The notes under the pieces: generated by a model
Told to the model about the DNA's origin: nothing
The model's input: only the letters and a program-made list of their open reading frames with translations
Database searches by the model: none
Assembly: GCA_904378095.1 (NCBI GenBank)
Contig: CAJFHE010000007.1
Span: 5,457-69,456, forward strand
Origin: an uncultured Clostridia bacterium
Lineage (GTDB): Bacteria; Bacillota; Clostridia; TANB77; CAG-508
Reading direction: 5' to 3'
Length of the DNA stretch: 64,000 nucleotides
Translations under genes and position numbers: made by a program
Part shown: positions 9,419-18,168 of the stretch, one piece after another
How the letters are laid out: each line of letters opens with the position of its first letter
How positions within the stretch are numbered: the first letter of the stretch is position 1

Positions 9419-9459
9419 GCAACAATGGGGACAGATATAAAATCTGTCCCCATTGTTGC
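9419..9459. terminator. perfect 18-bp stem hairpin after the Spo0E-like gene
   Basis: GCAACAATGGGGACAGAT-ATAAA-ATCTGTCCCCATTGTTGC. No clear U-tract. Shares the GGGGAC core with other hairpins in the window. Confidence 0.5.
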
Positions 9460-9523
9460 AAGTGTCTATATTAGATAAAAACAGCGGTGACAGGTTTCTA
9501 TGTGCTATAGTTTTAAATAAAGA

Positions 9524-9567
9524 ATGTTACAAAAATGTTACAAAAATATTATTTTTATGTTACAAAT
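9524..9567 (+). promoter_or_regulatory. four phased 11-mers upstream of the pilin genes
   Basis: ATGTTACAAAA ATGTTACAAAA ATATTATTTTT ATGTTACAAAT. TATAAT at 9624-9629 lies downstream. Confidence 0.55.
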
Positions 9568-9649
9568 GCACAAAAAAGCAAAAAATATGTTATTATAATA
9601 TTGCAAAATGAAAAAAAATCATTTATAATGATATAAATGGGGTGAAATA

Positions 9650-10057
9650 GTGAAGAAAACCAGAGCTTTAAAATTAATTCTTATAATAATTACAATATTA
9701 ATTCATGTTTTTATATTTTTCCAGACAAAAGCATATGCTTATGATGAGCTAAAAATAGCATCTGGAATTGTTGACCCAGATGACTATAACCCAGGTTCAC
9801 TTGATGATGCTTTTACAGGTGAAGATAAAATAGTGAATATTGGTTCAACCATAATAACTGTTATCAGAGTAGTAGGAATTATTGTAACAGTAATATGCTT
9901 AATGTTGATAGGAATAAAATATATGATGGGCTCTGTAGAAGAAAAAGCAGATTATAAAAAAAGCATGATTCCATATTTTATTGGAGTATTTATATTTTTC
10001 TCACTATCACAAATCCTACCAGTGATTATTAACTTAGTTAGTGGTATGAATAAATAA
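9650..10057 (+). CDS. VirB2/TrbC-like pilin-type small membrane protein, paralog 1
   Basis: Signal peptide (..KAYA/YD) and a two-TM hairpin with a conserved loop: IKYMMGSVEEKADYKKSMIPYFIG. Confidence 0.5.
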   Translation: MKKTRALKLILIIITILIHVFIFFQTKAYAYDELKIASGIVDPDDYNPGSLDDAFTGEDKIVNIGSTIITVIRVVGIIVTVICLMLIGIKYMMGSVEEKADYKKSMIPYFIGVFIFFSLSQILPVIINLVSGMNK

Positions 10058-10074
10058 AAGGAGTAAATATAGTA

Positions 10075-10473
10075 ATGAAAAAAGGGCTAATTTTAAAAAT
10101 TCTAGTAATTATATTTACTATGCTAAGTATATTTATATTAAGTAGTCATTATGTACAAGCTTCTTCTTTATCAGATGCAATAGGAGGGGCAGATGACTTT
10201 GTACAGGCAGGTGTTCAAGACAAAAGTCCGGCAATAAGTGAAGACAATTTACAAGGAATGTCAGATATGTTATATACTGCATTACTTGTAATTGCGACAA
10301 TAGTTGCAATTATTGTGGGACTTGTAATCGCCATACAGTTCATGACAGGAAGTGTAGGAGAAAGAGCCAAAATCAAAGAAACATTAATTCCATATATAGC
10401 AGGATGTATAGTGATTTTTGGAGCATTTGGCATATGGAAATTAGTAGTAAATATACTAAAACAAGCTCAATAA
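10075..10473 (+). CDS. VirB2/TrbC-like pilin-type small membrane protein, paralog 2
   Basis: Same architecture as paralog 1. Loop is IQFMTGSVGERAKIKETLIPYIAG. Confidence 0.5.
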   Translation: MKKGLILKILVIIFTMLSIFILSSHYVQASSLSDAIGGADDFVQAGVQDKSPAISEDNLQGMSDMLYTALLVIATIVAIIVGLVIAIQFMTGSVGERAKIKETLIPYIAGCIVIFGAFGIWKLVVNILKQAQ

Positions 10474-10543
10474 ATAAGATTTTAATATTATCTCAAAAAA
10501 AGAGATATTAAATATATAAATTATATAAAAGGGAGGAATAAAC

Positions 10544-10924
10544 ATGGCAAAAACTATGAAAATACTTAGTATAATAATAATGATTGCTATGGTATTCACT
10601 GTAGCTTTTGGAACTGTTTCTAATGCAGAGGTGGATTCTGATGCAGTTGTTGAGGGATTATTTACTGGCGGCAGTGCAGATACAACAGGAATACAAGGAG
10701 TTGGAACAAATATAGTTAATATTATTACTACAATAGGAATAATAGTGGCAGTAATCGTATTATTGATATTAGGTATTAAATATATGACGGGAAGTGCATC
10801 AGAAAAAGCTGAGTACAAGAAAACAATGATACCATACCTTGTTGGTGCAGTATTAATATTTGGTGCATCAGCTATTGCTAAAGCTGTAATAGCAATGACG
10901 CAAAGCATCGCAAGTGGAGAATAA
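10544..10924 (+). CDS. VirB2/TrbC-like pilin-type small membrane protein, paralog 3
   Basis: Same architecture as paralog 1. Loop is IKYMTGSASEKAEYKKTMIPYLVG. Confidence 0.5.
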   Translation: MAKTMKILSIIIMIAMVFTVAFGTVSNAEVDSDAVVEGLFTGGSADTTGIQGVGTNIVNIITTIGIIVAVIVLLILGIKYMTGSASEKAEYKKTMIPYLVGAVLIFGASAIAKAVIAMTQSIASGE

Positions 10925-10967
10925 TATTACAAACATATTACAAAAATATTACAATTATATTAAAAGT
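10924..10967 (+). promoter_or_regulatory. four phased 11-mers between pilin 3 and the PrgI-like gene
   Basis: ATATTACAAAC ATATTACAAAA ATATTACAATT ATATTAAAAGT, starting at the pilin-3 stop codon. Confidence 0.55.
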
Positions 10968-10998
10968 GCATTTTTAATGCACTTTTTTTATTTTTTTG
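10962..10998 (+). terminator. intrinsic terminator after the pilin genes
   Basis: AAAAGTGCAT / ATGCACTTTT stem followed by a long T-run. Confidence 0.75.
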
Positions 10999-11064
10999 TA
11001 TCTTTTTATCAAATTATCTGGTATAATATATATTGTATAGATTTAAAACTAAGGAGGAAGGAAT

Positions 11065-11412
11065 ATGGGAACATATAACTTACCAAGGAACGTAAAAGGA
11101 GAAGGTAGAATATTATTTATTTTTACAGGCAAAAGTATGATTTACACAGTTGTAGCGGGAGGAATAGGACTAATATTTTATTTCATTTTATCAGCATTTG
11201 GATTTGGTATGGCAGGAATAATTACAGTAGCATGTTTTGCATTAATTGGTTTCCTAATAGGAACATTAAAAATGCCAAATTTAGAAAAATTCGAATTTGC
11301 TAAAAAAACAGGTGGAGAAAATATAGATGACATTATAAAAAGAGCGATAAAATTTAAAACAAAAGGGAAAAAGATATATATATACAAGGAGGAAGAAAAA
11401 AATGCTAAATAA
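11065..11412 (+). CDS. PrgI/VirB3-like small membrane protein
   Basis: N-terminal YNLPRNVKGEGRILFIFTGKS followed by two TM helices. Positioned just upstream of VirB4. An extended -10 (TGGTATAAT, 11019-11027) lies upstream. Confidence 0.55.
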   Translation: MGTYNLPRNVKGEGRILFIFTGKSMIYTVVAGGIGLIFYFILSAFGFGMAGIITVACFALIGFLIGTLKMPNLEKFEFAKKTGGENIDDIIKRAIKFKTKGKKIYIYKEEEKNAK

Positions 11413-12646
11413 CCCACAAGCACTAGTTTCAATTTTAACAATAGTCATATTTGCTATTGTCATATTAATTGCTGTACTTGCAATAGTATATTTCGCATCA
11501 AGAAACAAAGATAACAAAAAAAAGACAAAGCTAGAAGAAAGCATAGATGGAAAAGCAACAACTCAAAAAGCAAAAACATTTGCAGTAGAGTCTGTAATGG
11601 ACTTTATGGAATTTGATAAAGTAGAAGACAATATGATTGTACAAAAAAATGGAAATAAATACATAATGGTAGTTGAATGCCAAGGAATAAACTATGACTT
11701 GATGTCAGAAATGGAAAAAAATGCGGTAGAGGAAGGATTTATTCAATTCTTAAATACTATAAGACACCCAATACAAATATATGTACAAACTAGAACTCTA
11801 AATCTTGAATCTAGCATACAATCATATAGAGATAAAGTTCAGGCAATAGAAGAAAACTTGAGTAAACAAGAAGCACGTTATAAAGAAATGCAAAGTTCTG
11901 GAAATTATACTAGAGAACAGCTTGACAAAGCGTTTTATGAGCTTACAAAGCAAAGGAATTTAACTGAATATGGAAAAGACATTATATATGATACAGAAAA
12001 AATGAGTTTAAACAAAAATGTATTAAACCAAAAATATTATATAGTAGTTCCATATTATCCAGAAGAGTTAGGACAAAATGATTTTGATAAAGAAGAAATA
12101 AAAAACTTAGCATTTTCTGAATTATATACAAGATGTCAATCAATTATTAGAACACTATCAGCATGTGAAGTTGGAGGCAGAATACTAACATCTAACGAAT
12201 TGGCAGATTTACTATATGTTGCATATAACAGGGATGAGCAAGAAACATATGGAATAGACAAAGCATTACGTGCTGGATATGATGAGCTATACTCTACAGC
12301 GCCAGACGTGTTAGACAAGAAGATGAGAACATTAGACCAAAAAATAGAAGAAGAAGCATTTAACAAGGCAAACGAAAAAGTAATAGAAGCACAATCTGCA
12401 AAGGAAAGAGCTTTACAACGTAAAGAAAACAATATGGATGACTTAATATCACAAATGGCACAATTAATAATTGAGCAAAATAGAACAATTGTTGGAAGCG
12501 ATGTGGCAGATGATGCAATAGCAAGAGTAAAACAAGAAAAGCAAGAGAGAAAACAGCAGAAAGAAGGCAAAACTAAAGAAGGAGGTACAGAAGCAAATGT
12601 CAAGGAAAAAACAACAAAGAGAAGAAGAACAACAAAGAGCGCTTAA
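11402..12646 (+). CDS. membrane-anchored coiled-coil protein of the T4SS-like cluster, function unknown
   Basis: N-terminal TM (ALVSILTIVIFAIVILIAVLAIVYFA), then a domain resembling VirB4 N-terminal regions (IVQKNGNKYIMVVECQGINYDLMSEMEKNAVEEGFIQFL). No Walker motifs. K/E-rich tail. Confidence 0.35.
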   Translation: MLNNPQALVSILTIVIFAIVILIAVLAIVYFASRNKDNKKKTKLEESIDGKATTQKAKTFAVESVMDFMEFDKVEDNMIVQKNGNKYIMVVECQGINYDLMSEMEKNAVEEGFIQFLNTIRHPIQIYVQTRTLNLESSIQSYRDKVQAIEENLSKQEARYKEMQSSGNYTREQLDKAFYELTKQRNLTEYGKDIIYDTEKMSLNKNVLNQKYYIVVPYYPEELGQNDFDKEEIKNLAFSELYTRCQSIIRTLSACEVGGRILTSNELADLLYVAYNRDEQETYGIDKALRAGYDELYSTAPDVLDKKMRTLDQKIEEEAFNKANEKVIEAQSAKERALQRKENNMDDLISQMAQLIIEQNRTIVGSDVADDAIARVKQEKQERKQQKEGKTKEGGTEANVKEKTTKRRRTTKSA

Positions 12647-14582
12647 TGATTATTCAAGACCAGATGAATATGAAATATTAAAAAAGAAAACAATAAAAGA
12701 ATTAATAGCTCCATCTGGAATAGACGCAACAAACATAGATCATTTAGAGATAATTTCTAATGTGACAAGGTATGCAAGAAGCTTCTTTGTATCTACATTG
12801 CCAAGAATGTGTACTTTCCCAGAATTGTTTAGAGACATGTATTTGTTTGGAGATATAAACACATCAATATATATAAACCCAATTCCAGAGTCAAGGTCAC
12901 AAAACGAATTAAATAGAGTAATAAATGAGCTAGAAACAGAAAGAATAGTGGCTGCAGATAGGGGAAACATAAATAGAGAAAGTGACTTAGGACAAAAAAG
13001 ATTAGAGGCAGAGCAACTAAGAGACGAAATAGCAGCAGGTTATAATAAATTATATGAAGCCTCTGTTATATCTACATTATTTGCATACAACTTAGAAGAT
13101 TTAGACAGATTTACAAAATTATTATCAACAGAAATGTCTAAATCATTAGTTGGAATAAAAAGTGCATGGGGAATGCAAGAAGAAGCATTTAAATCAAACT
13201 TACCATTAATGGAAGATAAAATAAGAAAAACACATACATTTGACAGAAGGTCAATGGGAACAGTATTTCCATTTACTACATCAGAGGTAGGACATCAAAC
13301 AGGAATACCACTAGGAATAAACAAACAAACTGGAGTGCCAATCTTGTTTGATAACTTCCATAGCTCACTTTCAAACTACAATATGGTTATATTTGCTAAA
13401 TCTGGTGCTGGTAAATCAGTAACAATGAAAACACTAATTTCAAGGTCTGCAGTGCTAATGGGTGTACAAAGCTTAGCACTTGATGCAGAAGGCGAGTATA
13501 GTATAGTGGCAGAAAGTTTAGGTGGAGTAAATGTAGTAATTAGCCCAAACTCAAAAACAGTAATCAATATATTTGATATAGAAACAGAAATAGTAAAAGA
13601 CGAAATAACAGGTAGAGATAGACTAGTACTTAATGTAGAGAACAAAGTAGAAGACGTTACACAAGCTTTGCTTACAATGGCAAAAGGTAGTACAAGAAGT
13701 GAGGAGGTAAATGAGCTTACAAAACAAATTATAGCAGAATCTGTTGCAGAAGAATATGCTGCACGAGGAATTAACAATGACCCAAATAGTCTATATGAGT
13801 CATCGAGGGGAGAACTAGGAAACAGCAACAATATGCTAGGAAGAAAGAAAAAAGAAATGCCAACAATAGGCTCTTGGTATAAAAGAATTCAAAAGAAAGC
13901 AGATGACAATACGAACCCAGACTATAACTTCCACTATAGTTATTTGTTAAAAGTTATGAAGCAATACATAAGAGAATTTGATGGACAAATGGCATACTTT
14001 GATGGACAATCTACATTTGATTTATTAGAAGGCACACTTTTTATAAACTTAGACATATCACAACTAGAAGAAAAATTTGCAAGACCACTTGCACAACAAA
14101 TACTACTAGAGTGGATTTGGGAAAAATATGTTAAGAAAAACAGTGAAGATAGAACAAAAGCTGCTAAAAAAAGAGTGTTAGTTGATGAGGCATGGATGTT
14201 ACTTCCATTCCCAGAAGCAGTAGACTTTTTAAACACTATGGCAAGACGTGCTAGAAAAAGAAATGTATCACTTGCAATTATTTCACAAAGATTTCAAGAC
14301 TTCTATGAAAAACCAGAAGCACAAGCAGTGCTTACATCATCAGATACAAAATTATTCTTAGCACAGGATAAATCTGAAATACAATATTTAAAAGAAGTAT
14401 TTAAACTAAGCGAAGGTGAAGCAAATTTCTTAGTAACATGCTTAAAAGGCGAAGGTTTATTAAAAGTTGGTGGAGATAGTGCAATTATACAAATAAGACC
14501 AACAGCAAAAGAATTTGAATTTGTTGAGACAAACCTAAATAAACTAATGCAAAAAGACAGAAGAAAGAGAGCTAATTTTTAG
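12597..14582 (+). CDS. VirB4/TrsE/PrgJ-family T4SS ATPase
   Basis: Walker A FAKSGAGKS (13404-13418), Walker B RVLVDEAWMLL, IISQRFQDF. GGAGG lies 9 nt before the ATG. Confidence 0.88.
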   Translation: MSRKKQQREEEQQRALNDYSRPDEYEILKKKTIKELIAPSGIDATNIDHLEIISNVTRYARSFFVSTLPRMCTFPELFRDMYLFGDINTSIYINPIPESRSQNELNRVINELETERIVAADRGNINRESDLGQKRLEAEQLRDEIAAGYNKLYEASVISTLFAYNLEDLDRFTKLLSTEMSKSLVGIKSAWGMQEEAFKSNLPLMEDKIRKTHTFDRRSMGTVFPFTTSEVGHQTGIPLGINKQTGVPILFDNFHSSLSNYNMVIFAKSGAGKSVTMKTLISRSAVLMGVQSLALDAEGEYSIVAESLGGVNVVISPNSKTVINIFDIETEIVKDEITGRDRLVLNVENKVEDVTQALLTMAKGSTRSEEVNELTKQIIAESVAEEYAARGINNDPNSLYESSRGELGNSNNMLGRKKKEMPTIGSWYKRIQKKADDNTNPDYNFHYSYLLKVMKQYIREFDGQMAYFDGQSTFDLLEGTLFINLDISQLEEKFARPLAQQILLEWIWEKYVKKNSEDRTKAAKKRVLVDEAWMLLPFPEAVDFLNTMARRARKRNVSLAIISQRFQDFYEKPEAQAVLTSSDTKLFLAQDKSEIQYLKEVFKLSEGEANFLVTCLKGEGLLKVGGDSAIIQIRPTAKEFEFVETNLNKLMQKDRRKRANF

Positions 14583-14591
14583 GGGGAAGAA

Positions 14592-17186
14592 ATGAAAAAG
14601 ATAACTAGTAAAAAAGGAATGCAAAAAATAGTAATAGCAATAGTAATAGTGTTATCATTTAATTTTATAGTACCAAACTATTCTCAAGCAGACTTTGGTG
14701 GAACGTTAGCTGGACCAATCATTGATTTTGTGGCTGCTATAGGAGATGCAGTCTTATCGGCGCTTCAATTTTTTATGTATGATGGAGGTGCTTCTACATC
14801 AGGAACGTTTCAGGTTACAAATATCTTTGGCTCGTTTTTACTTTCTTCAAGTAAAGCAACAGAGGATGAGCTAGAGGCAAAAGGAATAGCACCTGACGGA
14901 GAAGTAGAAATCACTATAGATTCAGAAGAATTTGATAAAGGTTGGAGAGCAGCTTTAACATTTGGACTTCTTGAAAAAGATTATTCAATACCAATTGTAA
15001 AATACACACCAGAGGCAATATTTGGCAATAGAGTTCCAGCACTTGATGTAAACTTTATTAATCCTACAGATTGGACAGAAAAATATGGCGATGATGTCGG
15101 CGGAGCAATGAACGAAAGGTCTATTACACAAGATCTTCATTCGATAATTGCTAATTGGTATGTGGCTTTAAGAAACTTAGCTATAATTGCATTACTATCA
15201 GTACTATTATATGTTGGTATTAGAATGGTAATTTCAAGTACTGCCTCAGACAAAGCAAAATATAAGCAAATGCTAATGGATTGGATAGTAGCATTATGTA
15301 TAGTATTCTTCTTACATTATATTATGTCTTTTATATTGACTTTAACAGAAATGATAACAGAAGGAATAGGAGAGGGAAGTGCAATAACTGTAGCAATAGA
15401 AGATGGAGATAATAACCCTGACAATAACGTAAAATTTAATACTGATTTAACCGGATTGTGTAGGTTGCAAATACAATATAAAGAATTAGGGGCCAGATTA
15501 ATTTATTTAATATTCTATCTTGCATTAGTAATATATACTGTAATGTTTACATGGACATATGTAAAAAGGGCAATTACTATGGCTTTCCTAACACTCATGG
15601 CACCATTAGTTGCTATAACATATCCAATAGATAAAATAAACGATGGAAAATCGCAAGCATTTAATATCTGGCTTCGTGAATTTATATTTAACGCATTATT
15701 GCAACCATTTCATTTGATAATTTACACAATTTTCCTAGGTTCTTCAATGGAAATAGCAATTAAAAACCCAATTTATGCAATATTGTTCTTAGCATTTATT
15801 ATACCATCTGAAAAATTATTAAAAAAGATGTTCGGATTTGATAAATCAAATACAGCAGGTGGTATGAGTACGGCGGCAAGCTTATTAGGTGGAGCAGCTG
15901 TAATGAAAGGTGCTAGAAGCTTAATAGGTAAGGCAGGAAAATCTGGAGGAAGTTCTGGAAGTAAGGGAATAAGAACTAAAAATCCTGTTACAAGCTCAAA
16001 TACACCGTCAATATCTGATGCATTTGGAAATGGAAGTAATCAAACTGTGCATACAGCAAATACTGGTACAACAGGGTCTGGCGCAAGAGCAACTACATCA
16101 AACTCAAATTCGCGAGGAGGAGCAACACTTGGAAATGGAACTGCTGGATATACTGGTAACGGCTCTGAATATATGACAGCTGGAGGAGTTATATTACCTA
16201 ATGGACCAGAAGAGCCATCAACACCATCACAAATATCGCAAACACCTCAAGGTGCAAGACTTGACCAACAAACTGCACAAGATACTAGAAGTACATGGCA
16301 AAGACTAAAAGATGATGATACAAATCGTGGATTAGGTCAATGGTTAAAAGAAGAAACAAAGATGGGAAGAAGATATACAAGTGCGAAAAATTCAATTAGA
16401 AATATTGCCAATGCTCCTTCAAGAGGATATAACGCATTATTAAATAAAATGCCAAAGCCAGTAGCAAAAACAATAAGGGGAGCAGTAGGGGTAGCAGGAC
16501 ATGCTGCGGCCTCGACAGCCAAATTCGCTGCTAAAGCTGCAGTCGGAGGAACTTTAGGCTTGGCAGCAGGTATTGCAGGTGATGACTTAGAAGATGTATT
16601 TACATATGGAGCAGCAGGAGCAGCTTTAGGAGTAGCTGGATTACCAGTGATAGGGAGAGGCATTGCTTCTGGGGCTAATAGATTAAGAAGTACATATGAA
16701 ACAAAAGCCTTTGGAGCTTCTGAAGCAGCAAGAAGACAGCAAGATAGAGAAATGATGCAGAACGACGACTGGAGAAGCGAAATGAATGAAAATTATACAT
16801 CTATATATGATACAATTCCAACTGCTAGTCAAAGTGAGAATTTCGCAAAGTCTGCCTTAGATTACTATGATGCTGGAATTACGGACTCTAAAGAAATAGG
16901 AAAGAGTATGAAATTCGAAAAAGAACTTAGAGAACAAATGATAGATGCAGGAACTCCTGATAAAGAGGCCGAAGAATTGGCGAAAAAACAAGCAATAGTA
17001 ATCTCAAAGATTGCAAATGACCCTAAAATTACAGAAAGATTAACTAATGAAGGTAAAAGGAAGGATTTAAAAGAAGAATTTGTAAGAACGCTAAAAGCTT
17101 CGGGTATGGATGAAAAGGGAGCAGTAAAAAATGCAGAAGGCATGATCGGATTATTAATGAAGAGAAAAGGACTAAGTCCAGATTAA
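14592..17186 (+). CDS. VirB6/TrbL-like polytopic membrane protein with long G/S/T-rich and glycine-zipper C-terminal extension
   Basis: Signal-like N-terminus and at least 6 TM helices (aa about 190-400). Lies directly after VirB4, as in ICEBs1/Tn916-type modules. The tail has AAKAAVGGTLGLAAGIAG and YGAAGAALGVAGLPVIG segments. Confidence 0.45.
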   Translation: MKKITSKKGMQKIVIAIVIVLSFNFIVPNYSQADFGGTLAGPIIDFVAAIGDAVLSALQFFMYDGGASTSGTFQVTNIFGSFLLSSSKATEDELEAKGIAPDGEVEITIDSEEFDKGWRAALTFGLLEKDYSIPIVKYTPEAIFGNRVPALDVNFINPTDWTEKYGDDVGGAMNERSITQDLHSIIANWYVALRNLAIIALLSVLLYVGIRMVISSTASDKAKYKQMLMDWIVALCIVFFLHYIMSFILTLTEMITEGIGEGSAITVAIEDGDNNPDNNVKFNTDLTGLCRLQIQYKELGARLIYLIFYLALVIYTVMFTWTYVKRAITMAFLTLMAPLVAITYPIDKINDGKSQAFNIWLREFIFNALLQPFHLIIYTIFLGSSMEIAIKNPIYAILFLAFIIPSEKLLKKMFGFDKSNTAGGMSTAASLLGGAAVMKGARSLIGKAGKSGGSSGSKGIRTKNPVTSSNTPSISDAFGNGSNQTVHTANTGTTGSGARATTSNSNSRGGATLGNGTAGYTGNGSEYMTAGGVILPNGPEEPSTPSQISQTPQGARLDQQTAQDTRSTWQRLKDDDTNRGLGQWLKEETKMGRRYTSAKNSIRNIANAPSRGYNALLNKMPKPVAKTIRGAVGVAGHAAASTAKFAAKAAVGGTLGLAAGIAGDDLEDVFTYGAAGAALGVAGLPVIGRGIASGANRLRSTYETKAFGASEAARRQQDREMMQNDDWRSEMNENYTSIYDTIPTASQSENFAKSALDYYDAGITDSKEIGKSMKFEKELREQMIDAGTPDKEAEELAKKQAIVISKIANDPKITERLTNEGKRKDLKEEFVRTLKASGMDEKGAVKNAEGMIGLLMKRKGLSPD

Positions 17187-17209
17187 TTAAATAAATGGAG
17201 GCTACAATT

Positions 17210-18157
17210 ATGAATAGATTTATTAGATTTTTTAACCAAAACAGAATTAGGATAATAGTAACTATTTTAATTGTAGTCTTTATTATACTAATCATACAAG
17301 TTATAAATTATATATTAAAACAACAAGATGACAATGTTGTACCAACAGAGCCAGAGATAGTTGATACAAGTAGACCAAGTGAATCTGTAATATCTGGTGA
17401 CGAATTGCCAGAAGAGATTACTGATACTAACTTGAATGTTATCAGCCAGTTTGTAGAATATTGCAATAATAAGCAGTACCAAAATGCGTATGATTTATTA
17501 ACACAAGACTGCAAAGATGAGCTATTTGGCACCTTGGATTTGTTTGTATCAAATTATTGCAATCAAATATTTACTTCTCCAATGACATATCAATTAGAAT
17601 TGTGGTATGCAGCAGCTAGCACATATACATATAGAATCACATACTTTTCAGACAATTTACTAGCAACAGGAAATGCCACACCAACTAACACAAAAGACGA
17701 TTATATAACAATTATAAGCAGTAGAGATGGAGATAAATTGAATATAAACAATTTTGTGGAAAAAGAAGAGGTAAATAATTCAACTACAGCAGAAGAAGTA
17801 CCTATTACAATAGCAATTAATGACAGATATACTTATAAAGATTATGAAATTTATAATATAACAATAAGCAACAATACAGATAAAACTATTTTGATAAGTG
17901 ATGGGGTAAATAGTAATGATATTTGCCTAGTAGATACCAATGAGGTAGAGTACAATTCTATATTAAATGAAGTTCCATTGGTAAACCTAGAATTAGAGCC
18001 AGGAATATCGAAAACAATAGAAATACGCTTTAACAAGATGTATAACTTATATAGGACAATAGACCATATGTCTTTTAAAAATATTATATTAGACAAACAA
18101 ACATATGAACAAAATGCTGAAAATGCGGCAAGAGTTAGTATAAATATAGATATTTAA
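17210..18157 (+). CDS. bitopic membrane protein, NTF2-like plus Ig-like ectodomain (candidate VirB8/TcpC analogue)
   Basis: Single N-terminal TM. ISQFVEYCNNKQYQNAYDLLTQDCKDELF is typical of NTF2/SnoaL-like lipoprotein domains. ATG 17210 follows GGAGG. Confidence 0.35.
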   Translation: MNRFIRFFNQNRIRIIVTILIVVFIILIIQVINYILKQQDDNVVPTEPEIVDTSRPSESVISGDELPEEITDTNLNVISQFVEYCNNKQYQNAYDLLTQDCKDELFGTLDLFVSNYCNQIFTSPMTYQLELWYAAASTYTYRITYFSDNLLATGNATPTNTKDDYITIISSRDGDKLNINNFVEKEEVNNSTTAEEVPITIAINDRYTYKDYEIYNITISNNTDKTILISDGVNSNDICLVDTNEVEYNSILNEVPLVNLELEPGISKTIEIRFNKMYNLYRTIDHMSFKNIILDKQTYEQNAENAARVSINIDI

Positions 18158-18168
18158 CGGAGAGAAGT

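Noticed and set aside
10456-10908. 150-aa minus-strand ORF overlapping pilin paralog 3
   Set aside because: It is antisense to a gene with a clear RBS, signal peptide and paralog support. Its hydrophobic product is a mirror artefact.
12136-16663. Several 100-155-aa minus-strand ORFs (12136-12603, 13376-13831, 13940-14236, 16337-16663)
   Set aside because: All are embedded antisense in the long VirB4, VirB6-like and coiled-coil ORFs. They are S/A/L-rich, typical of antisense to K/E-rich coding sequence, and none has a start context.
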